64,000 bases of DNA from Rhodoferax sp. (GCF_037143375.1 NZ_JBAWYV010000002.1:15064-79063), one strand, 5' to 3'; shown: positions 40,098 through 51,444, numbered from the stretch's first letter. A program made the numbers and translations. Notes: generated from the letters alone by a model not told the origin.

Positions 40098-40939
40098 GGC
40101 CACGGAAAAGCACCATGAACAGGAATATCTCTCAGCCCTTGACCGACGACGAAATCAACGCGCTCGTCGACCATCAGGTTTCCCCGCCGCAGTTGGCGGC
40201 ACTCCAGGAGCGGCTACAGCTTGACTCTGTCGCCCAGGCAACGCTGGCGCAATGGCAAGGTCAGCGCAAAGCTTTGACTGGTTTACACCAGCGTATTCTT
40301 CACGAATCCACGCCAGCCTCCTTGATGTCGGCCGTACAAAAGCCTGCGGCAAACCACCAGGACCTCCATCCAGGATGGCGCTGGGGTGGTATGGCCGCCA
40401 GTGTGATGCTGGCTTTTGGCGTGGGCTGGCTTTCTAACAATATTCTGCGCGGTGAAGGGTTGACACCCGCCCCGTTGACCAGCGCCAAAGCCCGCTCCAC
40501 GCAGGATTTTGTGCGGCAAGCCAGTTTTGCCCACGGCGTCTATGCCCCGGAAGTGCGTCACCCGGTAGAAGTACAGGCCGCTGAACAGGTGCATCTGGTG
40601 CAATGGTTGTCAAAGCGCGTTGGCAAGCCCCTCAAAGTCCCCAATTTAGGTCCTTTGGGGTATGACTTGGTGGGTGGCCGATTGCTGCCGGGCGAAGCCG
40701 GTGCGCGAGCACAGTTCATGTTTCAAAATGGCGCTGGCACACGCATCACGCTCTACCTGGGTGCGCTCGAAAAAGCAAATGCAGGCCCCGATACACGGGA
40801 CACCAGCTTCAAATTTTCATCAGACGGACCCGTTCCCAGTTTTTACTGGGTTGACCAGGGTTTTGGCTACGCCTTGGCGGGACCCGTGCCACGCGAGACC
40901 CTCATGAAACTGGCCGAAGCGGTCTATCAACAGCTTTAA
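40094..40939 (+). CDS. anti-sigma factor (single-pass membrane protein)
   Basis: 281-aa ORF overlapping the sigma factor stop, with an alternative ATG at 40115. One TM helix (GGMAASVMLAFGVGWL) and a periplasmic C-terminal domain. Confidence 0.7.
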   Translation: MRPRKSTMNRNISQPLTDDEINALVDHQVSPPQLAALQERLQLDSVAQATLAQWQGQRKALTGLHQRILHESTPASLMSAVQKPAANHQDLHPGWRWGGMAASVMLAFGVGWLSNNILRGEGLTPAPLTSAKARSTQDFVRQASFAHGVYAPEVRHPVEVQAAEQVHLVQWLSKRVGKPLKVPNLGPLGYDLVGGRLLPGEAGARAQFMFQNGAGTRITLYLGALEKANAGPDTRDTSFKFSSDGPVPSFYWVDQGFGYALAGPVPRETLMKLAEAVYQQL

Positions 40940-42099
40940 ATCAAATCACGCAGCGGATGTTTGTCAGGTGTCCAGGGGCTGGCAAAAAAAGGCACCACCA
41001 TGGCCGCGTTAACCTCTTCAATGCGAGCCGGATTCCAGCGGGGAAGCTGGTCTTTGTCCACAGCTAGCGCGCGAATACCTTCAACCGTGTCACTCTGACT
41101 GCCAGTGCGGCCAAGATGAACGGGGTGAAAGCAGTGCTGTACCAGATCGCGCTCCATGCGCAGATCGTCGGCCAGCGACAGGGTGCGGGCGCGCCGAATC
41201 TGTTCCAGCGCCACATGCAACATCAAGGGTGATCGTTTGCGCAAAAGGGCCGCCGTATGTCGGGTCCACTCGTCATTTTCAGCTTCTAAAGCTTGGACAA
41301 TGGCGGCTACCGACTCCATCGCGAAATAATGATCAATTTGACCTCTAGCCCCCGTTGCGCCTGCGCTAGTAGCTACTGAATACATAGCAACCCAAGCGTC
41401 CACCTTGGATGACTGCGCAAAATCAATTTTTGCCAAGTCTTCCCAGGCCGGTTGCAGTTGCACGGCATCAAAACAAACATCGGCCAAGCCCAGGCTCAGC
41501 GCCTGGCCAGCACCCAGCATTTCGCCCGTCATGGCCAGCCATTCACCCGTGCGCCCCGGGCAACGGCTGAGAAAATAGCCACCGCCCACGTCAGGAAACA
41601 AGCCAATCAGGGTTTCAGGCATGGCCAGCTTGCTGCGCTCGGTCACGATGCGCAGACTCGCCATTTGACCCGTTGCAAAAGCAGGCGCACGGCCGTGCCC
41701 GCACAAGCCCATGCCTCCGCCCATCACGATGCCGTCCATGAAAACGATGTACGGCTTCGGGAAGGTGTGAATCAGGTGGTTAAGGGCGTATTCCTCGGTG
41801 AAGAAATCGTCCAATTCGGGGTTGTTTGCCAGTGCAGCCTGGTGAAAAAAGCGGATATCGCCACCTGCACAAAATGCACCAAAAGGACCGTTTTTATTAA
41901 CGCCCCGAATGGCCACCGCCTTCACAGCGGCATCATCACGCCAGGCCAGCAAGCAAGCCATCAGGGCACGAATCATTTCCAGTGACAAGGCATTGAGCGC
42001 TTTAGGGCGGTTCAAGGAGATGAATCCGACCTGCCCTTTGACTTCGCACAGCACTGTGGGCGGCTCAACAGGGCGTGCCGTTAAATTGACGGTATTCAT
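40936..42099 (-). CDS. enoyl-CoA hydratase/isomerase family protein (3-hydroxyisobutyryl-CoA hydrolase-like)
   Basis: 387-aa ORF with GFISLNRPKALNAL, FCAGGDIR and the long ECH_2-type C-terminus. Confidence 0.8.
   Translation of the reverse strand: MNTVNLTARPVEPPTVLCEVKGQVGFISLNRPKALNALSLEMIRALMACLLAWRDDAAVKAVAIRGVNKNGPFGAFCAGGDIRFFHQAALANNPELDDFFTEEYALNHLIHTFPKPYIVFMDGIVMGGGMGLCGHGRAPAFATGQMASLRIVTERSKLAMPETLIGLFPDVGGGYFLSRCPGRTGEWLAMTGEMLGAGQALSLGLADVCFDAVQLQPAWEDLAKIDFAQSSKVDAWVAMYSVATSAGATGARGQIDHYFAMESVAAIVQALEAENDEWTRHTAALLRKRSPLMLHVALEQIRRARTLSLADDLRMERDLVQHCFHPVHLGRTGSQSDTVEGIRALAVDKDQLPRWNPARIEEVNAAMVVPFFASPWTPDKHPLRDLI
41341..41388 (-). repeat. copy of dispersed palindromic repeat, in frame inside the enoyl-CoA hydratase gene
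   Basis: The plus strand reads ACCTCTAGCCCCCGTTGCGCCTGCGCTAGTAGCTACTGAATACATAGC. It encodes AMYSVATSAGATGARG. Confidence 0.8.
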
Positions 42100-42977
42100 G
42101 TCTTCATCCCACGGTTTTTCCAGCCAATTAATTCATTAACCACCAGCGCGCTGATGACCACCGCGCCACCGATCAGCACCGAGTTGGTGGGAACCTCATG
42201 TGCACCGAGCCAGGCCAGCAAGATGCCAAAAATAACTTCCAGCAACTGCAGCAGAGAGATTTCAGGCGCTTTGAGAACCCTTGCACAAATTACCGAGAGC
42301 ACGCAGGGAATGGCCAACTGACCCAACCCCAGCACCGCCAGCAAGGCCAGATCATGGCCTGTGGCCTGGAATGGAAACGCCAGGGGCAGCGTCATGGCGA
42401 CTGAAATAACGGCGCCCACCAGCACCGCCGGGACCAAGTCGACATCGTGGCCCTGCGCGTGTGAATGCTGCGTCACTGTCCAGTTCACCGCCCCGGCGAG
42501 TGGGACCATCAAGGTGACCAGGGTGCTCACCAAAGACGCATCGGCCATCTGGGCGGCGTACATGTAAACGATACCGCCCCCTGCGACCACAATGGCGACC
42601 CAGGTCCGTGGAGGTATGCGGTGCCCAATGAAAATGCGTGCCATCAGTGCAGTGAGCAAGGGGCCGATCGACATCGTGACCAACACATTGGCGACGCTGG
42701 TCAAGGTGAGTGCCACCATGAAGGCGGTGAACATCACACTCCAGCAAACACCAGAAATCCAGAAAGCCACAGTGCCCTGGCGAATCTGGCGAAATACCTG
42801 ACGGCCCTGAAAATACGGCAAGATTACCAACAGCGACAACACGGTGAATGCCGAGCGCCAGAAGGTCACTTCAAAGCTGCGGGCCGACTCCAACTGGCGC
42901 GTGATAACGCCGGCAGTCGACCACATCAGGGCCACCGCAATCATCAGGAGAACGGCCCGGTTATGGCTAAGTTTCAT
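42096..42977 (-). CDS. DMT-superfamily transporter (EamA-like)
   Basis: ORF 42096..42989 starts at TTG. The ATG at 42977 (MKLSHNRAV) is preferred. About ten hydrophobic helices. It overlaps the downstream gene by 4 nt. Confidence 0.8.
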   Translation of the reverse strand: MKLSHNRAVLLMIAVALMWSTAGVITRQLESARSFEVTFWRSAFTVLSLLVILPYFQGRQVFRQIRQGTVAFWISGVCWSVMFTAFMVALTLTSVANVLVTMSIGPLLTALMARIFIGHRIPPRTWVAIVVAGGGIVYMYAAQMADASLVSTLVTLMVPLAGAVNWTVTQHSHAQGHDVDLVPAVLVGAVISVAMTLPLAFPFQATGHDLALLAVLGLGQLAIPCVLSVICARVLKAPEISLLQLLEVIFGILLAWLGAHEVPTNSVLIGGAVVISALVVNELIGWKNRGMKT

Positions 42978-42987
42978 TTTTTTGCTC

Positions 42988-43013
42988 AAAAAAAAGCGGG
43001 CTAGTGAGCCCGC
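42988..43013 (-). terminator. rho-independent terminator downstream of typA
   Basis: GCGGGCT-AGTG-AGCCCGC stem-loop (42996-43013), followed on the minus strand by a run of 8 T (42988-42995). Confidence 0.75.
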
Positions 43014-43059
43014 TTTGTGTCCCGGGTATGAACCGGGACGTCAACCCATTTGACAGGGC

Positions 43060-44883
43060 TTAGCGGCCAGCGCGCTTGCGTTCGCTTTCGGTTAGGTGAC
43101 GCTTGCGCAGACGGATCGACTTGGGCGTAATTTCGACCAACTCGTCGTCCTCGATGAACTCAACGCCGTATTCCAGCGTGCACTCGATCGGAGGTGTGAT
43201 CTTGATCGCGTCTTCCTTGCCGCTGACGCGGAAGTTGGTCAGCTGCTTGGTACGGGTGGCGTTCACCACCAGATCGTTGTCACGGCTGTGGATACCCACA
43301 ATCATGCCTTCGTACACTGGATCGTTGGCGCGCACAAACATACGGCCACGGTCATCGAGCTTGCCCAAAGCGTAGGTGAAAATTTCACCAGCGTCCATGG
43401 AAATCAGCACGCCATTTTTACGGCCACCGATGTCGCCTTTATGCGGCTCGTAGCTGTCAAAGATGTTGGAGATCAGGCCGGTACCACGCGTCAAGTTCAA
43501 AAACTCGTTGGTGAAACCAATCAGACCACGCGCAGGGATGCGGTACTCAAGACGGACACGACCACGGCCATCCGGCTCCATATTCACCAGATCGCCCTTG
43601 CGCTCGCCCAAAGCCTGCATCACGCCGCCCTGGTGTTGCTCTTCGATGTCGGCAGTTACCAACTCGATGGGTTCGTGCTTTTCACCATTCACGTCTTTCA
43701 TGACGACGCGTGGTTTGGAGACGGCCATCTCGAAACCTTCGCGGCGCATGTTTTCCAACAAAATGGTCAGGTGCAACTCGCCACGGCCCATAACTTCAAA
43801 AATACCTTCTTCGTCGGTTTCCTTGACACGCAAGGCCACGTTGTGTTGAAGTTCTTTTTGCAGACGGTCCCAAATCTGGCGGCTGGTGACGTATTTGCCT
43901 TCGCGACCGGCCAATGGGCTGGTATTGACGCAAAAGTTCATGGTCAGCGTGGGCTCATCAACCTTGAGCATAGGCAGCGGCATCGGGGTGACGGGGTCGG
44001 TGATGGTGACGCCAATACCGATGTCCGTCAAACCGTTGATAAGTACGATTTCGCCGGGGCCGGCGTCCGTGGCTTGCACGCGCTCCAGGCCCTGGAATGT
44101 CAGTACCTGATTGATACGGCCCTTGATGGCCTTACCGTCCGGACCTTCCATGACCACGACGTCCATCATCGGACGGATCGTGCCCTGGCTGATACGGCCT
44201 ACGCCAATACGGCCGACAAAGGTCGAGAAGTCGAGTGCTGAAATTTGCAATTGCAACGGTGCCGCAGGATCACCCTGCTGGTGAGGCACGTGCTTGAGCA
44301 CGGTGTTGAACAGGGCCGACATATCGGGACCCCACTGCTCACCCTGAGCGCCCTCTTCCATCGACGACCAGCCGTTGATACCGGAGGCGTAAACGACGGG
44401 GAAATCGAGCTGTTCATCGGTGGCACCGAGTTTGTCAAACAGATCGAAAGCGGCGTTAACCACCCAATCAGGACGCGCACCGGGCTTGTCGACCTTGTTC
44501 ACCACCAAAATGGGCTTCAGGCCAAGGGCCAGCGCCTTTTTGGTCACAAAGCGGGTCTGGGGCATAGGGCCTTCTTGCGCATCGATCAGCAGCACAACGC
44601 CGTCGACCATCGACAGAGCACGTTCCACTTCGCCGCCGAAGTCGGCGTGCCCGGGAGTGTCAACGATATTGATGTGCGTGCCTTCCCAGGTCACAGCGCA
44701 GTTTTTAGCCAGAATCGTGATGCCACGTTCTTTTTCGATGGCGTTGTTGTCCATCACGGTGTCGACCACTTTTTCGTGTTCGGCAAACGTGCCAGACTGG
44801 CGCAACAATTGGTCGACCATGGTGGTCTTGCCATGATCGACGTGGGCGATGATGGCGATATTTCGTATCTGTTTATGGCTCAT
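43060..44883 (-). CDS. typA: translational GTPase TypA/BipA
   Basis: 607-aa ORF with [28 protein letters not shown] and NKVD. Confidence 0.97.
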   Translation of the reverse strand: MSHKQIRNIAIIAHVDHGKTTMVDQLLRQSGTFAEHEKVVDTVMDNNAIEKERGITILAKNCAVTWEGTHINIVDTPGHADFGGEVERALSMVDGVVLLIDAQEGPMPQTRFVTKKALALGLKPILVVNKVDKPGARPDWVVNAAFDLFDKLGATDEQLDFPVVYASGINGWSSMEEGAQGEQWGPDMSALFNTVLKHVPHQQGDPAAPLQLQISALDFSTFVGRIGVGRISQGTIRPMMDVVVMEGPDGKAIKGRINQVLTFQGLERVQATDAGPGEIVLINGLTDIGIGVTITDPVTPMPLPMLKVDEPTLTMNFCVNTSPLAGREGKYVTSRQIWDRLQKELQHNVALRVKETDEEGIFEVMGRGELHLTILLENMRREGFEMAVSKPRVVMKDVNGEKHEPIELVTADIEEQHQGGVMQALGERKGDLVNMEPDGRGRVRLEYRIPARGLIGFTNEFLNLTRGTGLISNIFDSYEPHKGDIGGRKNGVLISMDAGEIFTYALGKLDDRGRMFVRANDPVYEGMIVGIHSRDNDLVVNATRTKQLTNFRVSGKEDAIKITPPIECTLEYGVEFIEDDELVEITPKSIRLRKRHLTESERKRAGR

Positions 44884-44906
44884 GGTTCACTTTCTCTTAA
44901 ATCTTG

Positions 44907-45851
44907 TCAAAATTTTAAAATCTGTTCAATTTCCAGCGGACTCAAGAGTCGCCCCGGTATCAATTCACCCGCTTTAACTTGGGCCGTGCCCAATAAAGCG
45001 TGTGGGTTGTCGCCATACACAGCGACCAGCCCGTTGTCAGGCCAGTTTCCCCGGCGCCGCACGCCACTGAGAAATCGCCCTGTATTCTCGCTGTCCAACG
45101 TGACAACCGTGTGGTCACGCAAAAGCGAATCCACGGGCATCAAGCAGTTCAAACGTTCCTCTTCGGTCATGGCCTCCAACGCTTCCAGCGTCACACACTG
45201 CGACACATGGAAACCACCAGTTTCAACCCGACGCAATGCCGTCAGGTGGGCACCACAACCGAGCGCTTCACCAATATCCTCGCCCAGCGTCCGAATATAA
45301 GTTCCCTTGCTGCACTTCACTATTAAATTAATAGCTGGGTGCGCAGGCTCTACGGGGGCTAGAGCCACATTTAACTCATAAATCGTGACTTCACGCGCTT
45401 CGCGCTCAATCTCGATCCCTGCCCGCGCATATTCATAAAGCGCTTTGCCGTCCTTTTTCAAGGCACTGTGCATGGGCGGAATTTGCCGGATTAACCCGGT
45501 AAACCGCGGCAGCACATTCTCGATATCTTGCACGCTCACATTCACGGCCCGCTCTACTATCACTTCGCCTTCAGCATCGCCAGTACTGGTTTTTTGACCC
45601 AACCGGGCGACGGCTTCATACGTTTTATCTGCATCCAGCTGAAGCTGGCTAAATTTGGTCGCGGCACCAAAACACAAGGGCAACAAACCTGTTGCCAAGG
45701 GGTCCAGCGTGCCAGTATGACCCGCCTTTTCAGCCCGCAACAGCCACTTTACTTTTTGCAATGCATCATTGCTCGACCAACCCAAAGGTTTGTCCAGCAA
45801 CAACACCCCATGCACGGGGCGCCTGGCAACCCGAACACGGGGCGCATTCAT
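44907..45851 (-). CDS. truB: tRNA pseudouridine(55) synthase
   Basis: ORF 44907..45893. Met15 (MNAPRVRV, ATG 45851) starts 5 nt after the rbfA stop. GHTGTLDPLATG and CSKGTYIRTL motifs. Confidence 0.95.
   Translation of the reverse strand: MNAPRVRVARRPVHGVLLLDKPLGWSSNDALQKVKWLLRAEKAGHTGTLDPLATGLLPLCFGAATKFSQLQLDADKTYEAVARLGQKTSTGDAEGEVIVERAVNVSVQDIENVLPRFTGLIRQIPPMHSALKKDGKALYEYARAGIEIEREAREVTIYELNVALAPVEPAHPAINLIVKCSKGTYIRTLGEDIGEALGCGAHLTALRRVETGGFHVSQCVTLEALEAMTEEERLNCLMPVDSLLRDHTVVTLDSENTGRFLSGVRRRGNWPDNGLVAVYGDNPHALLGTAQVKAGELIPGRLLSPLEIEQILKF
45322..45375 (+). repeat. copy of dispersed palindromic repeat, in frame inside truB
   Basis: ATTAAATTAATAGCTGGGTGCGCAGGCTCTACGGGGGCTAGAGCCACATTTAAC. 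It encodes (antisense) NVALAPVEPAHPAINLI, directly before CSKGTYIR. Confidence 0.8.
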
Positions 45852-45855
45852 CGGA

Positions 45856-46224
45856 TCAATCCTCTTTAGCGCGAGACGCCACCGCACGCGCAATCAAGGC
45901 GTTCATGTCGGCAGCTTTTTCAGTGGTCTGATCGAACAGGAAATGCAAGGTGGGCACGGTATGAATGTGCAAACGCTTGAACAGACCTGCCCGCAAGAAT
46001 CCAGCCGCTTGATTCAGGCCTTCGGTACAGGCTTTGGGGTCGCCTGTCAGCAGGCTAAAAAACACCTTGGCGTGTGCGTAATCAGGTGTGACTTCCACGG
46101 CCTGAATGGTCACCATCCCCACACGCGGGTCTTTCAACTCGCGGGCAATCAGCTCGGTCAGATCACGCTGGATCTGATCGGCTACCTTGAAGCTCCGATT
46201 AGGAGTTTTTGACTTGATACGCAC
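45856..46224 (-). CDS. rbfA: ribosome-binding factor A
   Basis: 122-aa ORF with [17 protein letters not shown] and [11 protein letters not shown]. Confidence 0.95.
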   Translation of the reverse strand: MRIKSKTPNRSFKVADQIQRDLTELIARELKDPRVGMVTIQAVEVTPDYAHAKVFFSLLTGDPKACTEGLNQAAGFLRAGLFKRLHIHTVPTLHFLFDQTTEKAADMNALIARAVASRAKED

Positions 46225-46241
46225 GATTTACATCAAACCTA

Positions 46242-49181
46242 TCAAAGCGTACGCGCAATTTCGCGAATCTCGAAGAACTCCAGCACGTCACCCTTTTGGA
46301 TGTCGTTGTAATTCTTGATATTCAAGCCGCACTCGAAGCTTTCCTTGACTTCCTTCGCATCGTCCTTGAAACGCTTGAGCGAGTCGAGTTCACCCGTGAA
46401 GATGACCACGTTTTCGCGCAACAGACGCAGACGCGCCGTGCGTTTGACGATACCGGCAGTAACCATACAGCCGGCAATCGAGCCAATCTTGGAAACCTTG
46501 AACACTTCGCGAATTTCGGCCGTGCCGATAACTTCTTCTTTCTTGTCCGGCGTCAGCATGCCCGACATGGCGAGCTTGAGCTCATCCACGGCGTCATAAA
46601 TGATGTCGTAGTAACGAATGTCCACGCCGTTGCTCTCGGCCAGCTTGCGGGCGCCAGCGTCGGCACGGGTGTTGAAACCAATGATGACCGCCTTGGACGC
46701 AATCGCCAGATTCACATCCGACTCGCTGATAGCACCGACTGCCGTGTACACCAATTGCACTTTGACCTCGTCGGTCGAGAGCTTGAGCAACGACTGGGCC
46801 AGGGCTTCTTGCGAACCTTGCACGTCGGCCTTGATGATGATCGGAACCAGCTTGACAGCGCCTGCAGTCATGTCGGTGAACATGTTCTCCAACTTGGCGG
46901 CTTGCTGTTTTGCCAGCTTGGTGTGGCGGAACTTGCCGGCACGGTAGGTGGCGATTTCACGGGCACGACGTTCGTCAGCCATCACCATGAACTCATCACC
47001 CGCTGAAGGAACTTCAGTCAGACCTTGAATCTCGACCGGAATCGATGGACCCGCCGTCTTGATGGTCTTGCCGTTTTCGTCCAGCATGGCGCGAACACGG
47101 CCATAGGTTGAACCAGCCAGCACCACGTCGCCGGTCTTGAGCGTGCCGGACTGCACCAGAATCGTGGCCACTGGGCCGCGTCCCTTGTCCAGGCGCGCTT
47201 CAATCACCAGGCCCTTGGCCATGGCATCGATCGGGGCACGCAACTCCAGCACTTCAGCTTGCAGCAACACTTGTTCCAGCAAAGCATCAATGCCTTGACC
47301 CGTTTTAGCAGAGACTGAGACAAACGGTGAATCACCGCCAAACTCCTCAGGCACCACCTCTTCAACCACCAGTTCGTTTTTAACGCGCTCTGGGTTGGCA
47401 TCAGGCTTGTCGATCTTGTTGATCGCAACAACGATAGGAACACCGGCCGCCTTGGCGTGCTTGATGGCCTCTTTGGTTTGCGGCATGACGCCGTCGTCAG
47501 CTGCCACCACCAAAATCACGATGTCGGTCGCCTTGGCACCGCGAGCACGCATAGCCGTAAAGGCTTCGTGACCCGGAGTATCAAGGAAAGACACCATGCC
47601 GCGTGGCGTTTCAACGTGGTACGCACCAATGTGCTGGGTAATACCACCGGCTTCGCCCGAGGCCACTTTGGCACGGCGAATGTAATCGAGCAAGGAAGTC
47701 TTGCCGTGATCGACGTGACCCATGACGGTCACCACTGGTGCACGTGGCAAGGACTCGGAATGCTGTTGCAACACTTCGTCATCGGTAAAGGCTTCTGGAT
47801 CGTCCAGCGCCGCCACGATCGCCTTGTGACCCATTTCTTCCACCAAAATCATGGCAGTGTCTTGGTCCAAAGGCTGGTTGATGGTGACCATCTGGCCCAG
47901 CTTCATCAGGTGTTTGATCACCTCAGAGGCTTTAACGGCCATCTTGTGTGCCAATTCAGCCACGGTAATGGTTTCAGGCACGTGGACTTCAATGACGCGA
48001 GCCTCGACCGGTGCGGCTTGCACACGGTTTTCATCACGGTCACGGTCGTTACTGCCGCGTTTGCCACCGCGCGCCGGAGCACGCCAGTTGGTGCCACGAC
48101 CTGCGGGTGCCGTTGTGGCGCCACGGGTAGGAATGGCACTCTTCTTTTTCGGATCGCCAGCCCAGCTGCTTGACAGCTTGGCAGACTTGACTTCTTTGCC
48201 AGCGCCTGGGGCTGCAGCGGCTCCAGGTGCGGCTGGCGCACCGGGTTTGGCTGGTTTAGCAGGCACTGCGCCCACCGCAGGCTTGTGCAGCGTGCCCTTG
48301 ATGCCCGCTTTAGTGGGATCAGGCTTGACTTCTTCCACCTTTTTGGGTGGTGGCGGCGGTGCTTTTTTGCCTGGCGATGACATCATCAGGCGAATGGCTG
48401 CGGCCTCCGCTTCGGCCTTGCGGCGGCGGTCACCCAAATCAGCGGCGCGAGCCACATCTTCGGCTGCGCGGGCTTTAGAGTCAGCGGCTGCTTTCTCTGT
48501 GGCCAGCAGCTTGTCTTTGGCAACAGCTTCTGCTTTTGCAGTTACTTCCAAAGCTTTGACTGCTGCAAGATCAATAGCATCCTGCGCAGTAGCAACGGGG
48601 GCTACAGGCTTATTTTGTTCTTTAAGAGCGTGCGCAGCAGCAGTTTCAGCCGCTAATTTGGAAGCCTTTTCGGCTTCTTGCTCAGCCGCTTCACGGTTGC
48701 GGGCTTCCTGCTCTTCACGCTGACGGCGTCGCTCAGACAATTCTTCTTCCTGGCGGCGGATCAACTCAGCCTGACGACGAGCCTCTTCTTCACGACGCGC
48801 CAATTCGGCGTTGTCGATCTGGGGCGTGGTGTCAACTTCATGTTCTGGCTCAGCGACTTCAACCGCGACTTCAACTCCATCTTCACGGCGAACAAAGGTT
48901 CGCTTCTTGTGCATCACGACCGGAATCGTGCGCACCTTGCCACTGGAGTCAGCCTGTTTGATTTCACTGGTCGATTTCTTGACCAGCGTAATTTTTTTGC
49001 GCTCAGGGCTGCTCGTGCCATGGCTGGCGTGCAGATGGTTCAACAAAAGCTGTTTGTCAGCTTCTGTCAATTTATCGGTCGCAGCCATCTTGGCTACGCC
49101 GGCCGACTTCAGCTGTTCAAGCAGCGTATCGGTTGATTTTTTGAGTTCATTAGCAAACTCGGCGACGGTCGTACTGGACAT
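46242..49181 (-). CDS. infB: translation initiation factor IF-2
   Basis: 979-aa ORF. Ala/Glu/Lys/Pro-rich N-terminal region. GTPase core [24 protein letters not shown] and NKID. Confidence 0.97.
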   Translation of the reverse strand: MSSTTVAEFANELKKSTDTLLEQLKSAGVAKMAATDKLTEADKQLLLNHLHASHGTSSPERKKITLVKKSTSEIKQADSSGKVRTIPVVMHKKRTFVRREDGVEVAVEVAEPEHEVDTTPQIDNAELARREEEARRQAELIRRQEEELSERRRQREEQEARNREAAEQEAEKASKLAAETAAAHALKEQNKPVAPVATAQDAIDLAAVKALEVTAKAEAVAKDKLLATEKAAADSKARAAEDVARAADLGDRRRKAEAEAAAIRLMMSSPGKKAPPPPPKKVEEVKPDPTKAGIKGTLHKPAVGAVPAKPAKPGAPAAPGAAAAPGAGKEVKSAKLSSSWAGDPKKKSAIPTRGATTAPAGRGTNWRAPARGGKRGSNDRDRDENRVQAAPVEARVIEVHVPETITVAELAHKMAVKASEVIKHLMKLGQMVTINQPLDQDTAMILVEEMGHKAIVAALDDPEAFTDDEVLQQHSESLPRAPVVTVMGHVDHGKTSLLDYIRRAKVASGEAGGITQHIGAYHVETPRGMVSFLDTPGHEAFTAMRARGAKATDIVILVVAADDGVMPQTKEAIKHAKAAGVPIVVAINKIDKPDANPERVKNELVVEEVVPEEFGGDSPFVSVSAKTGQGIDALLEQVLLQAEVLELRAPIDAMAKGLVIEARLDKGRGPVATILVQSGTLKTGDVVLAGSTYGRVRAMLDENGKTIKTAGPSIPVEIQGLTEVPSAGDEFMVMADERRAREIATYRAGKFRHTKLAKQQAAKLENMFTDMTAGAVKLVPIIIKADVQGSQEALAQSLLKLSTDEVKVQLVYTAVGAISESDVNLAIASKAVIIGFNTRADAGARKLAESNGVDIRYYDIIYDAVDELKLAMSGMLTPDKKEEVIGTAEIREVFKVSKIGSIAGCMVTAGIVKRTARLRLLRENVVIFTGELDSLKRFKDDAKEVKESFECGLNIKNYNDIQKGDVLEFFEIREIARTL
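48571..48616 (+). repeat. copy of dispersed palindromic repeat, in frame inside the variable N-terminal region of infB
   Basis: TCAATAGCATCCTGCGCAGTAGCAACGGGGGCTACAGGCTTATTTT. It encodes (antisense) [16 protein letters not shown]. Confidence 0.75.
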
Positions 49182-49205
49182 TTGTTCTGTAACCTTTCAT
49201 GACCA

Positions 49206-50702
49206 TTACTCTTGAGAAGCGGCGTCATTGGTAAACCAATGTGCGCGCGCTTTCATGATCAAGGTCTTGGCTTCGTCCGCAGACTGGCCGGTGATTTCTG
49301 TAAGTTCATCTACGGCCAAATCAGCCAGGTCGTCACGGGTGTGAACGCCGGCATCAGCCAGTTTGCCGAGTAGCTCGGGGGTAACGCCGTCAAGGTCGTG
49401 CAAGTCCAGCGAAACCTCGTCAACATTTTCTTCGTGCGCAATTTCCATGGTCAACAACGCGTCTTTTGCACGGTTGCGCAACTCGTTGGCCGTGTCTTCG
49501 TCGAAACTCTCGATTTCGAGCATTTCTTCGAGTGGCACATAAGCGACCTGCTCCAGACTGGTGAAGCCTTCGGCGATCAACAGATCGGCGATTTCTTCGT
49601 CCACATCGAGCTTTTCCATGAACAACTTGCGACCTGAATCGGTCTCGGTGGCCTGCTTCTGAGCGGACTCAGCAGCATCAAGAATGTTGATTTTCCAGCC
49701 TGTCAAATCAGACGCCAGGCGCACATTCTGGCCGCCACGTCCAATCGCAATCGCGAGATTTTCTTCGTCAACCACCACATCCATGGCATGACGCTCTTCA
49801 TCAACCACGATGGAAGTTACGTTTGCAGGAGCCAACGCACCAATCACGAACTGGGCTGGGTCTTCGCTCCACAACACAATGTCGACGCGCTCGCCGGCCA
49901 ATTCATTGGTGACGCCATTGACGCGGGTGCCGCGCACACCGACACAAGTGCCGATGGGGTCGACGCGTTTGTCATGCGACAGCACGGCGATCTTGGCGCG
50001 TGAACCGACGTCACGGGCGCAGGATTTAATCTCCAGCAAACCTTGTTCGATTTCAGGCACTTCCTGGCGGAACAACTCGACCATGAATTCGGGCGCTGAA
50101 CGCGACAAAATGATGGGCGCGCCGCGCAAGGTCAGATCCACTTCCATGATCATGGCGCGAACCCGGTCACCCATGCGCAGATTTTCTTTGGGGATCATCT
50201 CGCTGCGTCGCAAACGGCCTTCCACACGGCCACTTTCGACAATGATGTCGCCCTTGTCCATGCGCTTGACGGTGCCGACAAAAATCTTGTCACCACGTGA
50301 CATGAAATCATTGAGCAGCATCTCGCGCTCGGCATCGCGAATTTTTTGCAGGATGACTTGCTTGGCAGCCATGGCGCCGATACGGCCGATAGGAACAGAC
50401 TCAACTGTTTCTTCGATGTATTCGTCCACCTCGATGTCAGGGATCTGCTCTTTGGCTTCGAACAACAGGATTTCCTGGTCAGGCAACTGCAATCCCGCTT
50501 CATCGGGGACCACATGCCAGCGACGAAACGTTTCATAGCTGCCGTTGTCACGGTCAACCACCACGCGGATATCCACTTCGCCTTGGAACAGCTTCTTAGA
50601 TGCTTGTGCCAGCGCTGCCTCAACAGCGCCAAACACAACATCTCTCTCCACGTTCTTTTCGCGTGAGATAGCCTCAACCAGCATTAACATTTCGCGATTC
50701 AT
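49206..50702 (-). CDS. nusA: transcription termination/antitermination factor NusA
   Basis: 498-aa ORF with [19 protein letters not shown]1, KH and C-terminal acidic repeats are recognisable. Confidence 0.97.
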   Translation of the reverse strand: MNREMLMLVEAISREKNVERDVVFGAVEAALAQASKKLFQGEVDIRVVVDRDNGSYETFRRWHVVPDEAGLQLPDQEILLFEAKEQIPDIEVDEYIEETVESVPIGRIGAMAAKQVILQKIRDAEREMLLNDFMSRGDKIFVGTVKRMDKGDIIVESGRVEGRLRRSEMIPKENLRMGDRVRAMIMEVDLTLRGAPIILSRSAPEFMVELFRQEVPEIEQGLLEIKSCARDVGSRAKIAVLSHDKRVDPIGTCVGVRGTRVNGVTNELAGERVDIVLWSEDPAQFVIGALAPANVTSIVVDEERHAMDVVVDEENLAIAIGRGGQNVRLASDLTGWKINILDAAESAQKQATETDSGRKLFMEKLDVDEEIADLLIAEGFTSLEQVAYVPLEEMLEIESFDEDTANELRNRAKDALLTMEIAHEENVDEVSLDLHDLDGVTPELLGKLADAGVHTRDDLADLAVDELTEITGQSADEAKTLIMKARAHWFTNDAASQE

Positions 50703-50724
50703 GCCATGACTCTCCTATTTCAAT

Positions 50725-51333
50725 TCAATCTAAATTTGTCTCTGCGTCGCCTTTGGCACCCCGGCCCTTGAAGCTGACGATGGGCGCCAGTCGCGCCTCA
50801 CGTATTTCATCCAAGGTAAAACCCAGGGCCTGCACGGGTGCCGGCAACCTCTTCTTACTGATCTTTTGGCCCGGCTTACCCACTGGCGCATCGCTCCAGA
50901 CGATTTGCCAGCCAGCCACACCGGCCTCACTGAGCGTGCGCTCCAGCGTGCCGCGGAATTTCTTGCGGGTAGGGCTTACCTGCCCCGCCGCTGCTGCGCC
51001 AATTGGCGCTTTCAGATTCACATCGATCTCTTGACCGACGAAACGCTCAAAATCTTTCTCATGCCGCAAAGGACGATCGATACCAGGCGAGGAAACCTCC
51101 AACCGCTTGTATTCAATCCCATCAACTTCCAGTGCAAACAGCAACTGGCGCGTTACTTTTTCACAATCCTCAACCGTCACAAATTGCTCGACACCACTCA
51201 CAACACCTTCAACAGGTGCCGTCCAGGGGTGATCGATCGTGATGCGAAGCAGGCCCGCAGCCGAGCGCTCGGTTTCCACGAGGTCATAGCCGAGACCGGC
51301 TACGGTTTGTTCAACAATTTCTTTCAGGGCCAC
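50725..51333 (-). CDS. rimP: ribosome maturation factor RimP
   Basis: ORF 50725..51375 begins at a TTG inside the upstream terminator. A GTG at 51333 gives (M)ALKEIVEQTVAGLGYDLVETERS, the usual RimP N-terminus. The start remains uncertain. Confidence 0.85.
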   Translation of the reverse strand: MALKEIVEQTVAGLGYDLVETERSAAGLLRITIDHPWTAPVEGVVSGVEQFVTVEDCEKVTRQLLFALEVDGIEYKRLEVSSPGIDRPLRHEKDFERFVGQEIDVNLKAPIGAAAAGQVSPTRKKFRGTLERTLSEAGVAGWQIVWSDAPVGKPGQKISKKRLPAPVQALGFTLDEIREARLAPIVSFKGRGAKGDAETNLD

Positions 51334-51373
51334 AGATGACGAGTAGTTAGGAGTGTTGCAAAAACAATCGACC

Positions 51374-51403
51374 AAAAAAAACGGGCGGTAAATACCCGCC
51401 CGT
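51374..51403 (-). terminator. rho-independent terminator downstream of yejF
   Basis: ACGGGCGG-loop-CCGCCCGT stem-loop (51381-51403), followed on the minus strand by a run of T (51374-51380). Confidence 0.75.
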
Positions 51404-51444
51404 TTGGTCGTGAGCTTTGGATTATATCCTGAAACCCTAAGGAT

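Noticed and set aside
48150-48900. Repetitive Ala/Pro/Lys/Glu-coding DNA in infB that looks like tandem repeats.
   Set aside because: This is the normal low-complexity N-terminal region of IF-2. Only the 48571-48616 segment matches the dispersed repeat family.
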